64,000 bases of DNA from Octopus bimaculoides (GCF_001194135.2 NC_068981.1:3004676-3068675), one strand, 5' to 3'; counted from the first letter of the stretch, positions 25,443 to 38,014 are shown. Numbers and translations are program-made. The notes: generated by a model from the letters alone, not told the origin.

Positions 25443-28400
25443 CTTGAAAAAAATTAATGAAAAAAAAACGTTAAAAAATAAATATATATTTTCAGATTTT
25501 TGAAATACATTTTCAAATCAAAACTAAAATATATTGAGTTGTTGTTTATGGCATAAGAATTAAAAAGACTCCAAGACATGAAATACATCTATTCTAATGG
25601 TGGAACACAAAGTAGATAAAGCTTCTTCAAGTGTCATGGTGAAAAATGAATTATTGCATAATCTCTCAAAGCTTCTAAAACAGATGGAGAAAATTTAAAG
25701 AATTACTTTGGTATAATGGTAGAACATCTGTCATAGTTACAGAAGATGAGTTCAAGCCCCATGAGCACCCTTCAATTTTTACAATCCATGGGGCAGGGAC
25801 AAACCCAGCATTCTACTTTCTGACTTGGAATATATGTGTATCACTCATTGGGCTGTGACCATGCTGGAGCACTGCACTGAAGGGTTTAGTTGAACAGGTT
25901 GCCCCTTGCTCCGATACTTATTTCTTTAGTCTGGTATTTATTTTATCAGTCTCTTTTGCTGAACCACTAAGTCAGCGAGATGTAAACAAACCAACACCAG
26001 ATGTCAAGCTATGGGACAAAGACAAATTCAGACACAAATACACACACACACACACATTCAAAGGGCTTCTATACAGTTTCTGTCTATCAAATTTGCTCAC
26101 AAGGCTATCACACAAGATACTTGCCCAAGGTATGGCACAGTGGGACTAAACTTAAGGCCTTGTAGCTGTAAAGTGACCTTCTTAACCACACTGCCATGTT
26201 TGCACTACAGGCAGCCATTGATATTTTTTTCCATCTAATGGTGTTTTTTTTAACACAAAATTCTATCTATTGGTTTGTAATGTAAGCACAACACCTCCAT
26301 TAGCAATGAACATGAACTAAAATGGCAACAAACATAAATGGAATCTCTGATATAGATTCAGCTTGACGGATGTCCACTTGTCACAAGTAAAAAATGAAAT
26401 ATTAATTCAACATTTAGAGAGATGCTTATAGTTTGGTCCTGAAAAGAGAAGAGGAGACAAAATAAAACAGCTGCAAGGAAATGACTCAATAAAAATGTAA
26501 CCAGATTTTTTCTCTTTTAGTTCGTAAAAGTTATTTTGTCAGATTTTAATACGAAAGCAACGTAAAAGTTGGGTAGATTCAAGTGTATTAGTGTCTTTAA
26601 TGAGGTAATTTAGACTTAGTCAGAATATCAAGAAAGTTTTTGTTTGCAACATTTTTCTGTTAAGTGTTTGATATCTTAATTTGGGACAGAATGATCAAGA
26701 AAAACAGATTAGTTTTAATTGCAAATCAACTAGTAAGGTAAATAAAGGAAAAATTTGGGAATTATAAGAAAGGATTTTAATCAAAATTCTCAACTTAGTT
26801 GGAAAAGCTGAGTCATGTTGCTGAGGGCATGAGAAGTAGGTTTCTTAGAATTCCATATTGTACATAACAACAAAAGAAATTTCAAACAAATTGAATAATA
26901 GGGTAAATCTTTCATGGTTTTAAATAGATTTATAACATAATCACAAAGCGACAAATTTTAGAGGCAGAAAAAGTCGATTAAACAGACGTCACTAATTCAC
27001 TTGTGGTTATTTTATTGAGTCCCATAAAAATAAAAAAAAGTTGACGACAGAATTTGAACAACGTAAAGGGACGCAACTTTTTATCAAATATTTTGACAGG
27101 AAAAGAAAAAGAAAAAACTCCAGCCCAAAAGAAATAGACTGAGCAAACAAAAATAGTAATCCACTACATTTTTGGTTATCTCACCCCCATCAAAAAACTG
27201 GGTTATCTCCCCACTAAAAAATTGAGTTTATGTAGCGACAAAGAGATTGGATTAAATCCTTTTGACTTAATACTTCAACACATTATTGACGTTTGGCCTT
27301 CCTCATTTCTGATTTGTTATAAAAATGTTATCAGATTCAGTAAAATGCTTAATTTTTTCAGTTTTCATGTTTATTAATCTTTTCAGATTTATATGATTTG
27401 TTATAAAAATATCAGATTCAATTAGATGTTTCATCCTTTCACTTTTGCTTTTTTTGTTTTATTGAGGGTTAAACAATTTTTTTCTAGTTGAGGGAAATAT
27501 CCAAAAGTACCGATATTTCTACCAAAACGGTGATAACCCAATATTTTCAGTAGGGTGAGATAACCAAAAAGTACCAATAACCATTTCTACTGAAGGCACG
27601 AGGCCCGAAATTTCCTGATACTTATTTCATCGACTCCGAAAGGAAAAGAGGTAAAGTCGATCTCAGCGGAAAGTAAAAGGGGAAATGCTGCTAAGCATTT
27701 TGTCTGGCATGCTGACGATTCTGCCAGCTAGCCGCCTTCGCAATAATAATTAATGGTTTCAAATTTTGACACAAGGCCGTCATGGGATGAATCGATTACA
27801 TCGACCTCAGTATTCAACTGCTACATATTTTATCGACCCCAAAAGGATGAAAGGCAAGAAGGACGAAATATCGCTAAGCGTTTAGTTCGGCATGCTAACG
27901 ATTTTGCCAGCTCGCCGTCTTCGCAATAACGGTTTTAAATTTTAGCAAAGGCCAACAGTTTCTGGGGGGAGGGGAAGTCGATTAAATTGACTCCAGTACT
28001 TGACTGGCAATTATTTTATCGACACCGAAAGGATGAAAGGGAATATCGATCTCAGCAGAATTTGAGCTCAGAACACGAAGATGGGCGAATGCCATTTTGT
28101 CTGGCGTGCTTAACGGTTCTGCAAGCTCGCGCCTTCGACTTCTAAATAATAATCATGAGCTAATTGTATATAATGCTCAAGTCGTTGGAAAAGAAAAAAG
28201 AGGGGACAGAATGTAGAGAAAGACAGCAATAAAAGTTGAGAAAGAATTTCAGGTACACAAAATAAGACAGAAAAGTGAACATAAAAAGAACCACAGAAAT
28301 GATGCGTGAATATAGGCACGTCAGGAGCATGGAATTTTTGAAGGATGGAGTTATGTTATAATGGCCAATATTTACATAAAAACTTTTTTTGCATTAAGAA

Positions 28401-29650
28401 TTCTCTTATTGTTTAAGAGACCCAGTTTATTTAACAAGAGTTTTACTGAAATTCAACAAAACAAGATATATCAAAGGGAGAGAACACATTTTATAAGGGA
28501 GGTAATTCGGAAATAATAACTTGAACAGATGAAAAAATGTCATTGGTGAAGTCGTGAACAGAAACGAAAGGATTGACAAACCAACTGACCGTTTAAATGA
28601 TTGGTCAAGCAATCGATTAATTAATTAGTTTACTAATGATAATAATAAAGAAAAAAGAAACAGAGCGGTTGCGTTGCAAAATATCCCTCCCAAGATACAA
28701 CAACAGGTTTCAACACACGACTTTACTTCAAGAACTTTGCAATGCGTACCAAAAACAAATTGAGTTAACAGATGGGATCTAATGAGGTTAGCGACGTGGT
28801 CGAGTTGTTAAAGTTTAAGACTATGGGATATTTGCTCCTCCTCTTTATATTCTAAGTTCGAATCCCACTGCGGTCAATTGGGTGTTTTGCCTTTCATTCT
28901 TCTGAAGTCAAGAAAGAAGGGAAACGGTCTAGGGCAGTGGATTGATGGAATTGTTCAATCGTTTATCTTTTACATGTTTCAGTCATTACACTGCGGCCAT
29001 GCTGGAATCCCTTTCTATGCATAATGTGTTTATGTGTGTTGTGCACGGTAGCGTGTGTGTGTGTATGTTCATGTTTTTCTATATTAACATCACAGAGGTA
29101 AACGTGTGCCTTTGTTTCAAATTTTCAACCACACAACAACAAATACAAAAATTCACTGTGTGTGTTTCTCCTCTATGCACAGCCAAACTGCTGGATCAAT
29201 TTGTACCAAATTTGGCAGGAAGGTTTTCCATTACTCGGGGAAGGTGGTGTTCCTTCTTCTTCTTCTTCGTTGTCGTTTAACGTCTGCTTTCTATGCTGGC
29301 ATGGGTTGGGCGATTTGACTGAGGGCTGGCAAGCCAGGTGGCTGCACCAGGCTCCAATCTGATCTGGCAAGGTTTCTACAGCTGGATGCCCTTCCTAACG
29401 CCAACCACTCCGAAGGTGTGGTGGGTGCTTTGTATATGCCACCAGCACGGGGGCCAGTCAGGCGGTACTGGCAATGACTACGCTTGAATGGTGCTTTTTA
29501 AGTGCCACCTACATGGGAGCCAGCCAGGTGGGACTAATAAAATACATGAGAAAAGTAGCATGAAAAAACAGATGTAATATGAATGAATACAGTTAAAACA
29601 AGTAATGCAACGTGATGAAAGGGTGACAAAGAGAGGGAGAGGATATTTAC

Positions 29651-29702
29651 CTTTAGGTACATTGTGCATATAACTTTCGTTTACAACTTGTAAGTGTTGA
29701 GG
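29651..29702 (-). CDS. BOLA1: BolA1 coding exon 4 (PQHLQVVNESYMHNVPK + G)
   Basis: CTTTTCTGCTTTCTAG acceptor and GTAAAT donor. 52 nt. Carries the diagnostic BolA1 motif NESYMHNVPKG. Confidence 0.95.
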
Positions 29703-30319
29703 CTAGAAAGCAGAAAAGAGACAATATCATATAAAGTTAATCATACAAAGAAAATTTAGCATTTAAACTAACCATATCCTCTTCAAATATTCTGTCTGTT
29801 TTATGTTCAATCTGGCCTCTCATACCTATCCTACAATATTATTCTAAAAATAAACAATCACAACATCAAAGTCTTGGAGCAACAATTTCATACATGATTA
29901 ATTCAAAACAACATGGATCAATAAGCATTACAATTGACAGTAATCTGAATGCTAATCCTTCCACCCCATGACTATATTTCTCTCAAAACTCTCTCCTTAC
30001 TGACCTATATTTACTCACCAACAGCTAACATTTCATCCTAGGAGAATCCAATATATCTGTGAGAGCCAGTCACTTCCTCTGACTAATGAATGAGACAAAA
30101 CAGACTGAGACAAAATGATGTCATAGTTTGCCTGAAGACAAAGTACAGAGCCAGAACCAATTTACAAATTCTTCACTCACAAGATGTAACTCCTGAAACT
30201 TTTAAAATGAACAAAATCACACTGGATCTCTCCAATATACATCTTGAAATCCTGAAAACAAAGTAGTTTTAGAAAATTACTATTTGTAAATCTCACAACG
30301 AGAGATATTCAGCAACAGT

Positions 30320-30675
30320 ACTTTGGAGTAAAGATTGTTTGCCAACATAACATGGCACTCCTGGTTTAGGATGAATGTTGCTGTAATTTAGCCCCAGGAG
30401 ACATCATCTCCAGTTGTGTCTTTATATTTTCCAACAAGGGAATCTAGCACCCCCACTCACCTCAAAACAATATCTGTAATAACCTGGAAATCGCGATATA
30501 TAGATATTGTTTTGAGCTGAGTGGGGGTGCTTGATTCCCTTGTTTGAAAATATAAGGACACAGATTGTGTCGTATAGCCAACTGGAGACGATGTCTCCTG
30601 GGACTAAATTACAGCAACGTTTGTCCTAAACCAGGACTGCCATGTTATGTTGCCAAATAATCTTTACTCCAAAGT
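30320..30675. repeat. Foldback (long inverted) repeat in BolA1 intron 3
   Basis: Arms 30320-30475 and 30502-30675 are reverse complements. A single-arm copy lies at about 22024-22243. Confidence 0.85.
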
Positions 30676-30744
30676 AGTTTTAAACTTCTTTTTCCCCATT
30701 CTATTTCAGAGGTAAGATAAAGTCCTCAAAATTGTTTTACAAAC

Positions 30745-30786
30745 CTTGAAGTATTTCTCTAGTTTTTCTATGATTTTGCTCTCAAC
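30745..30786 (-). CDS. BOLA1: BolA1 coding exon 3 (VESKIIEKLEKYFK)
   Basis: CTTATTTCTTTTATTTTAG acceptor and GTTTGT donor. 42 nt in frame. Matches BolA helix 1 (I..KL...F.P). Confidence 0.9.
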
Positions 30787-31139
30787 CTAAAATAAAAGAA
30801 ATAAGTAATGATTAAAAAAGAAAGTCATTTAGAAGCAAAAATAAAATTTTCAAGACAGAACTACTAATAACAATAACAACAATAACAGCAATAATGGTTT
30901 CAAAATTCTGTACAAGGCCAGCAATTTCAGGGCAGTGGGTATGTTGATTACATCAATCTCTAGTTAACTGGGATTTATTTTATTGACCCCAAAAGGACAA
31001 AAGCAAAATCAACCTCAGCAGAATTTGAATGCGGAATGTACAGAATCACAAGAAAATCCACTGAACATTTTGTCCGATATGCTAAGGATTCTGCCAGCTC
31101 ATCACCGTAATAATAATAATAATAATAATGTGTAACATT

Positions 31140-31750
31140 CCTTCTTTGGACACTAAACTCCTCTTGCGAAGACCTGTTGAGGCAAGTGAAATCGAAATCG
31201 AACTAAATTTGTAGACTGGCACCCATGCCAACGTCTTCATTGAACACTAAACTCGGCTTGCGAAGACCTGTTGGGGCAAGCGAAAGCGAAATCGTGATGG
31301 CACCAGTACCAGTAAATCACTAAGAGCACTGTCCGAGCATGATCGTTGCCAGAGCACCAGCTGTCTGGCTTTCGTGCCGGTGGCATGTAAATAGCACCAT
31401 TTGAGCGTGACCATTACCAACGTCGCCTTCCTGGCACTTGTGCCAGTGGCACGTGAAAAGACTTTCGAGTGAGTTCGTTGCCAGTCCCGCTGGACTGGCT
31501 CCTGTGCAGGTGGCACGTAAAATACACCATTTCGAGCGTGGCAGTTGCCAGTACCTCCTGACTGGCCTTCGTGCCGGTGGCACGTAAAAGCACTCACTAC
31601 ACTCTCTGACTGGTTGGCGTTAGGAAGGGCATCCAGCTGTAGAAACTCTGCCAAATCAGATTGGAGCCTGGTGTTGCCATCCAGTTTCACCAGTCCTCAG
31701 TCAAATTGTCCAACCCATGCTAGCATGGAAAGCGGACGTTAAATGATGAA
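31140..31750 (+). mobile_element. Retroposon family C with an RTE-type 3' tail (GGCGTTAGGAAGGGCATCCAGC...GGACGTTAAA(YGA)n) and internal ~62-bp tandem units, representative copy
   Basis: Many copies, e.g. about 1340-1720, 4290-4965, 5645-6240, 13150-13840, 17810-18270, 21590-21955, 22915-23280, 24545-24843, 29270-29520, 35620-35975, 39380-39620, 42835-43060, 49085-49810 and 57110-57600. All are variably 5'-truncated and end in (GAT)n. Confidence 0.85.
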
Positions 31751-33226
31751 TAATAATAATAATAATAACAATAACAATAGTTTCAAATTTTGGCACAAGA
31801 CCAGGAATTTTGGGTGTGGGGGTGCTCTTCAATTACATCAATCCCAGTGTTCAACTAGTACTTAATTTATTGATCTCTGAAAGCATGAAAGGCAAAGTTG
31901 ACCTTGGCGGAATTTGAACCCAGAAAGTGTAGACAGATGAAATACCTCTAAGCATTTTGCCTGGTGTGCTAATGATTCTGCCAGCTCACCATCTTGATAA
32001 TAATGACGACGACGATGACGATGATGATGATGATGATGATGATAACAGTTTCAAATTTGGCTGAAGGCCAGCAATTTTGAGGGGTCAGTACCATTTACTC
32101 CAATACTTGACTGTATTTTATTCTTTTGAACCCCAAATGATGAAAGGCGAAGTTTATTTTAGTGGGATTTGAGCTCAGAACATAAAGTGCTGGGATAAAC
32201 ACCACAAGGCATTTTATCCAGTGCTCTACTGATTCTGCCAATAATAAGAATAATTCTTTCTAATTATGGTACAAAGCTAGTAATTTTGATGGGAGGGGTT
32301 TAGTTGAAGCCATCGACCCCAATGTTCAACTGATATTTATTTTATCAACCCTGGAGGAGTTAAATGCAAATTTGACCCCAGCAGGATTTGAACTTTGTCT
32401 TTCCTCCCCAGAAATCCTCCCTCTGGAATTCTGTCTATCCTGCAGGTATTGACTGCTTGATTTTGAGCAGGTTCAGCCACAAGTGCAGGAATGAAATTTG
32501 CTTCAGGGGTGCAAACCCAGATCCAAAATTTTTTACAAGCAGGGTTGATTTTTTTTCAGTCTTAATATCAAAACAAACACGGATATAATAATAATAATCA
32601 TTAATATATTTGTACATCAATAAAACCAGATAAATTCAATAATCTTTTCTATTCTAGGAACAAGGCCCAAATTTTTGGGGAGGTACGGGCCAGTCAATTA
32701 GATCGACCCCAGTATGGAACTGGTATTTAATTTATCAATCCTGAAAGGATGAAAGGCAAAGTCGACCTTGGCGGATTGGAACCAAATATTCTTTCCTACT
32801 CTAGGCACAAGGCCCAAAATTTTTGGGGAGGGAGCCAGTCAATTGCTCCCAATACGCAACTGGTACTTAATTTGTCAACCCCTAAAGGATGAAAGGCAAA
32901 GTCGACCTCGGTGGAATTTGAACTCAGAATGTAAAGACAGACAAAATACCGCTAAGGATAAATCTAATAATGGACAAATAATGTTTCAAATCATTTTAGA
33001 AATATTTCTACACTCATTTGTTTTGACAATGAAGTGTTTCATTTTTTCAGGAGGATGTTCAAAATGCACCCCCACAAAATTTTAGGAGGATAGATTAAGA
33101 AAAGGCTCTTGATATAACAAGAAGTTGATGTTTGTCCAGAAATTAATGAAATGTTTGTAAAAATAAATAATATTTTTTAAGAAATTATCATTTTAATAGT
33201 TTTCCTTGAAAAAATTATGAACTTAC

Positions 33227-33291
33227 AGGAGCCAATTTCTGGTGCTGTTTTGCTGCATAGAACCTTATGGGTTGACAGCTACGTAGAACAC
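33227..33291 (-). CDS. BOLA1: BolA1 coding exon 2 ((G)VLRSCQPIRFYAAKQHQKLAP; mitochondrial presequence-like)
   Basis: TAG acceptor after a pyrimidine tract and GTAAGT donor. 65 nt, phase 1 to 0. Basic, acid-free peptide typical of a matrix targeting sequence. Confidence 0.85.
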
Positions 33292-34185
33292 CTAGAAATC
33301 AATAAGATAGAAATTACATGACTTTCAACAGTACAAAGATCCAATCATTACACATATCAAGAAAATAATATCCTATCCCAATGCCTTAAACCTGAACAAT
33401 GTACCAACATGGAACTAGAACCCTCAAAGTTGCTACAAATGTCAAGCCTGACCATAACTAAAGTTCTCTTCTGGAAAAACACACACACATATTTTAGCAA
33501 AGACTGTAACACAAACACTAATTTTCCTCGCCAGGTCAGGTAAGGAGGCATGCACTGCTGCAGTGCATGTCTGTAAGTTCACCATCATCAGTTCACTGCA
33601 GGGAAAATTCACCATAAGAAACATTCCTGATTGCACGTTACTTTCATTTTTTTTTCAATAAAACAGTTTTTAATTATTAATCGTGAGATACTATGGATAT
33701 TGTTGTATTCTGGGACGGTCATTTTTCTTTTTCTTTTTTTGCCAAATAAACCCACACACTATACATTTTTTCTTCACTCGTTTATTACTGTTCTTATTTT
33801 ATTATTTTTAACTCATGTCTATTGTCCAGAAATTTTTTGTCACACATCTGTGACCTCTTCAGCAACACTTTTCGTTTTTGTGTGTGTTCTTGCTCCACCT
33901 ACTCCATTCTGTTCTTCTAAGATGTGTATCCTTATGTGCACATGTGTTTGTGTCCTTGTTTGTGTATGTGTGTGTGTGCATGTGGTAAACTTTCCTCACA
34001 GTGAACTTTCTTCATGGTGAATTGATAGTGGTGAGCTTTCCTGTAATCATTGCTGTGCATTTGTTGATAGCTGCTTGGATCCTACCAGACAACCTCTCTA
34101 GGCAGTGTCCAAGTAAGTTCCCATCTCTGTGAAATACTTCCTCATCTGCCATGACCAAGATGCAACACAGGCTGTCACCCTAGCT

Positions 34186-34722
34186 CAGGAGTCACCAAAC
34201 AAGAGCCCGTGGGCCAGATCAAGCCCAGGAGGACAGTTCATCCAGCCCACCGCCGAACTGTACCTTTTGTACAAATACCTGCAATGAGAGTTCATTTGCC
34301 TCTGGTATGGCATCAGTGTTTGCAACAACTTATGTCTGTGAGCAGACATTTTCAAAAACGAAGAAAGTGATGTCAGCACATCGAATGAGGTTGACTGATG
34401 AACATTTCAAAGCAATTCTCTTGGTTGGATGCAGCAATTCCAAAGCAAATATTGATGATATCTTAAAAGCTAAACACCAGTTTCACAAATCTCACAAACC
34501 ATTTTTGCTGCTAAGGTTGTGAGATTCAGATATGTGCACACTGGGTGTGGTATAACTAATTTTTTGCTAATGTCACTTTCTTTGATAACTTTTTGGTAAA
34601 TAAATACGTTGGTTGTCTTTATTTTTTGTGTATTCACTGTATTGAACAAAATGGTTCTGCAGCCTGCGTTCATCCTTTTCTCAGTTATCTGGCCCACCAC
34701 GAAAAATGTTTGGTGACCCCTG
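34186..34722 (+). mobile_element. Internally deleted hAT (Charlie/SPIN-like) DNA transposon retaining the transposase C-terminal dimerisation region
   Basis: TIRs caggagtcaccaaaca (34186-34201) and tgtttggtgacccctg (34707-34722) match at 15/16. The 8-bp flanks ccctagct and ccctaatt match at 6/8. ORF 34307-34522 reads SVFATTYVCEQTFS..K.VMS.HR.RLTDEH, as in hAT dimerisation domains. Confidence 0.88.
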
Positions 34723-35961
34723 CCCTAATTGGATCCTCAGGCAGCATCTCTTCAGACTCACAATGGAACTCTAAGATGGTGCTGTTGTTACTCACTCAGA
34801 CATCTTAGATTATATCCAAAATAATGCCATCCAATGTAAAATGCACCCACTACACGCTTGGAGTGGTTGGCATTAGGAAGAGTGTCCAGCTGTAGAGACC
34901 AAGCCAAATCAGACTGGTGCCTAGTACAGCTCTCCAGCTTATCAGTTCCAAATCGTCTGACCCATACCAGCATGGAAAACGGACACTAAATGATGATAAT
35001 GATGATGTTTAGTCATGATACCTCACTCACCACTTAGCTGGGTGATAAGCATAACAACTTAAAGGAGTGGGGTGCTACAAAAAAAAAAACAGGTTAAGAA
35101 CCACTGGACTAGATTTTTTTTTTCCCAATTGGAAATAAATTAGACAAAAATAAACAATAGACTAACACTCCTCTACTTTCAAGTGCAGTTAAACAGTCAA
35201 AACAGCCAGCAGTAAACACTTGAATATTAATGAACCAACAAGGGGGAGCTGCAATGCTTGTTTTGATAGAAATAACAGTGAAATTTCCTAAATTCAAATC
35301 CAACTTTAAAAAAGGACGAACGGATAGATTGGCCAGTGTTATCCTGGATGTACTAAAAGGTAGGACAACCATGGCAGAAATAATCATAGGTCAGCTTAAC
35401 CAGGGTTGGTCTAAGGATAATCAGTAACTGTCAAGCATTCGAGCCAGCTCCTCAGTTTGAGGATACCATCTTCCTTCCCTATCACCAGTCTCAGAAGCCC
35501 TGTAATGGGTTGTGGGTTTGCCTTACCGCAGTTACTAAAAGATGAACTAAAAAAGAATATTTCTTTTCCTTTTTGTCAGAGCAAGAACCTCTATGAATTT
35601 CCATAAGCAAAAAGTATAATAAAAGGCGTGATGCCAGTGCCGCCTGACTGGCTTGCGTGCCAGTGGCACGTAAAAAGCTCCATTTGAGTGTGGTCAATGC
35701 TAGTGCCACCTGACTGGCTCCTGGGCTGGGTGCACATAAAAACTACCTTTCAAGCATAGTCGTTGCCAGTGCCACCTGACTGGCTCGCACATTGGTGGCA
35801 CGTAAAAAGCACCTACTACTCTCTCAGAGTGGTTGGCATTAGGAAGGGCATCCAGCTGTAGAAACCTTGCCAAATCAGATTGGAGCCTAGTGATCCCATC
35901 TGGTTTCACCAGTCCTCAGTCAAATTTTCCAACCCATGCTAGCATGGAAAGCGGACGTTAA

Positions 35962-36012
<51 letters not shown>

Positions 36013-36689
36013 GTGGCCAGCTGGCAAAATCTTTAGCACACTGGACAAAATGCTTCATGGCATTTCACCCGTCTTCACATTCTGAGTTCAAATTCCACTG
36101 CAGTTCACTTCAGCTTTTATGCTTTCAGAGACGATAAAATAAATACCAGTCGAGCATTGGGGTCAACATAATTGCCTACCTGCTCCCTCGAAATAGCTGG
36201 CCTTGTGCCAAAATGTGAAATTATTATTATTGTTGTTATTATCATAAAGGCAACGAGCAGGCAGAACCGTTAGCAAACTGGACAAAATGCTTAGCGGTAT
36301 TTCATCCATCACTACATTCTGGGTTCAAATTCCACCAAGACCGACTTTACCTGTCATCCTTTTGGGGTTAATAAAATAAATACCAGGTGAGTACTAGGGT
36401 CAATGTAATCAACTATTCTCCTCCTCCAAATTTCAGGCCTTGTGCCTACGATAGAAAGGATTATTATTATTATTATTAAGGAAGTGAGCTGGCAGAATTG
36501 TTAGCATGCTGGAGAAAATGCTTAGCATTATTTCATTCGTATATATGTTCTGAGTTCAAATTTCACTGAGATCTTGGAGAGAGAAAGAGGATGGTGATAA
36601 GATGGCGATGATGTGATGAGGTGGGGTACACCCAAGTTACAGGGAGGTTCTAAATAGTGAGGTGCACAAGGAATTGGATAGGGTGAGTG

Positions 36690-37240
36690 CCTTTATGGTC
36701 CTTCTCATCTGCCCTGTGAGGCTCAACATCTGAAGGTCATTTTCCACCATTTTGTCTCACAGCTTTCTCTTCCACAGTTTCCCTCTACATTTAGATATTA
36801 GCACTTTTTTAATGCAGCTGTCTACATCCATGTGCATTACATGACCTTACCAATGCAGTCTTCTGCCTTGCTTACTACATCTGATGCTTCATCACCATCA
36901 TCATCATCATCGTTTAACGTCTGTTTTCCATGCTGGCATGGGTTAGATGGTTGACATAGAGATGGCCAGCCAGGGAACTGTCCAGGCTCTAACATATTTA
37001 CAGTTGTACATGCACACTGACACTGCACATCCTGTGGAGCATAACTGGCTTCATTTCTTTCAAGCCTTCACATGTCCACTACATTCACAGCCCATGTTTC
37101 ACTACCATGTAGCATAACTTCATGCATAGGCATCGTACACTCTGCTTTTCACTTTTAGAGAGAGATCCTTTGTTACAAACAACGATGATAGCTCTCTGAG
37201 CTTTGCTCAGCCGGTTCTTATTCTAGCAACTTTTAGAACA
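36690..37240 (-). mobile_element. Decayed RTE LINE C-terminal fragment
   Basis: The reverse strand gives RRLHW.GHVMHMDVDSCIKKC and a HGSETWAV-like segment; interrupted by a retroposon tail at about 36900-36990. Confidence 0.65.
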
Positions 37241-37380
37241 TGCTCCTACACTACCAATTCGGTAACTTAGGTAAAGGAAACTATCTTCTTTCTCTCAATA
37301 GTAAGTGCACTACTTTTCAAAGCAGAAACAGCTGTATGATAATGCATTTAATTACGTAATTCCTGTTTTCTTGTCGTTTA

Positions 37381-37430
<50 letters not shown>

Positions 37431-37998
37431 GAGAGAGAGAGAGATGTGCGCATATACATGTATACATCTGAAACATTAACATTACATAATCTACCATCTC
37501 AAAAACGTATTTCCGCAAGATGTTTAATTTTGAATAGCATAATTCTAATTTATGCTCTCCGAAACGGAGCTATGCAAAATTTCATTTTAAAATATGCATT
37601 TTTCAGAAAGCTATGAGGGAAGACAAGGTCGAGGGGCACTAATATGTAGTTATGCCTGTGAAAAATAGAAAGATATTAAAAGTATGCCAGGCAACGTTTT
37701 GGGTTATGAACCTTAACATGTTTTTGCACGTTGTTGTTGTTGTTTTTGTCGTTTAGATAACGAAATAAGACAAAGTCCTTGCGTCAGTTTTAATACGATC
37801 CTTTTTCACACAAAAACATTACTGAACATCTGTCCGCGGCGAAAGTAAAACAAAACTCCGAAAGGTGACAATGAAGATTTTACGCCTCTAAAATATATTT
37901 TAGCACATTGGATATTTGTTGTTGCGATGTATTCTTTTAAGTAAACCGAAATATTGGTTAAAATAGAAATCTGGGAACGGAACAGACAAATAACATAC

Positions 37999-38014
37999 CT
38001 GAAAGAAAACTCAT
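37999..38014 (-). CDS. BOLA1: BolA-like protein 1 (mitochondrial), coding exon 1 of 7 (MSFLS + G, phase 1)
   Basis: Minus strand reads ATG AGT TTT CTT TCA G|GTATGT, a strong donor. Phase 1 matches the next exon. It lies in a CpG-retaining, promoter-like region. This is the shortest and least certain exon. Confidence 0.75.

Noticed and set aside
31330-31600. CRISPR-like array of palindromic repeats
   Set aside because: The units are contiguous with no unique spacers, there are no cas genes, and the array sits inside a eukaryotic retroposon.
31600-31740. HDV-like ribozyme in the RTE-type tail
   Set aside because: I could not assemble the P1/P1.1/P2/P3 nested pseudoknot by eye; the motif is explained as a conserved RTE 3' tail.
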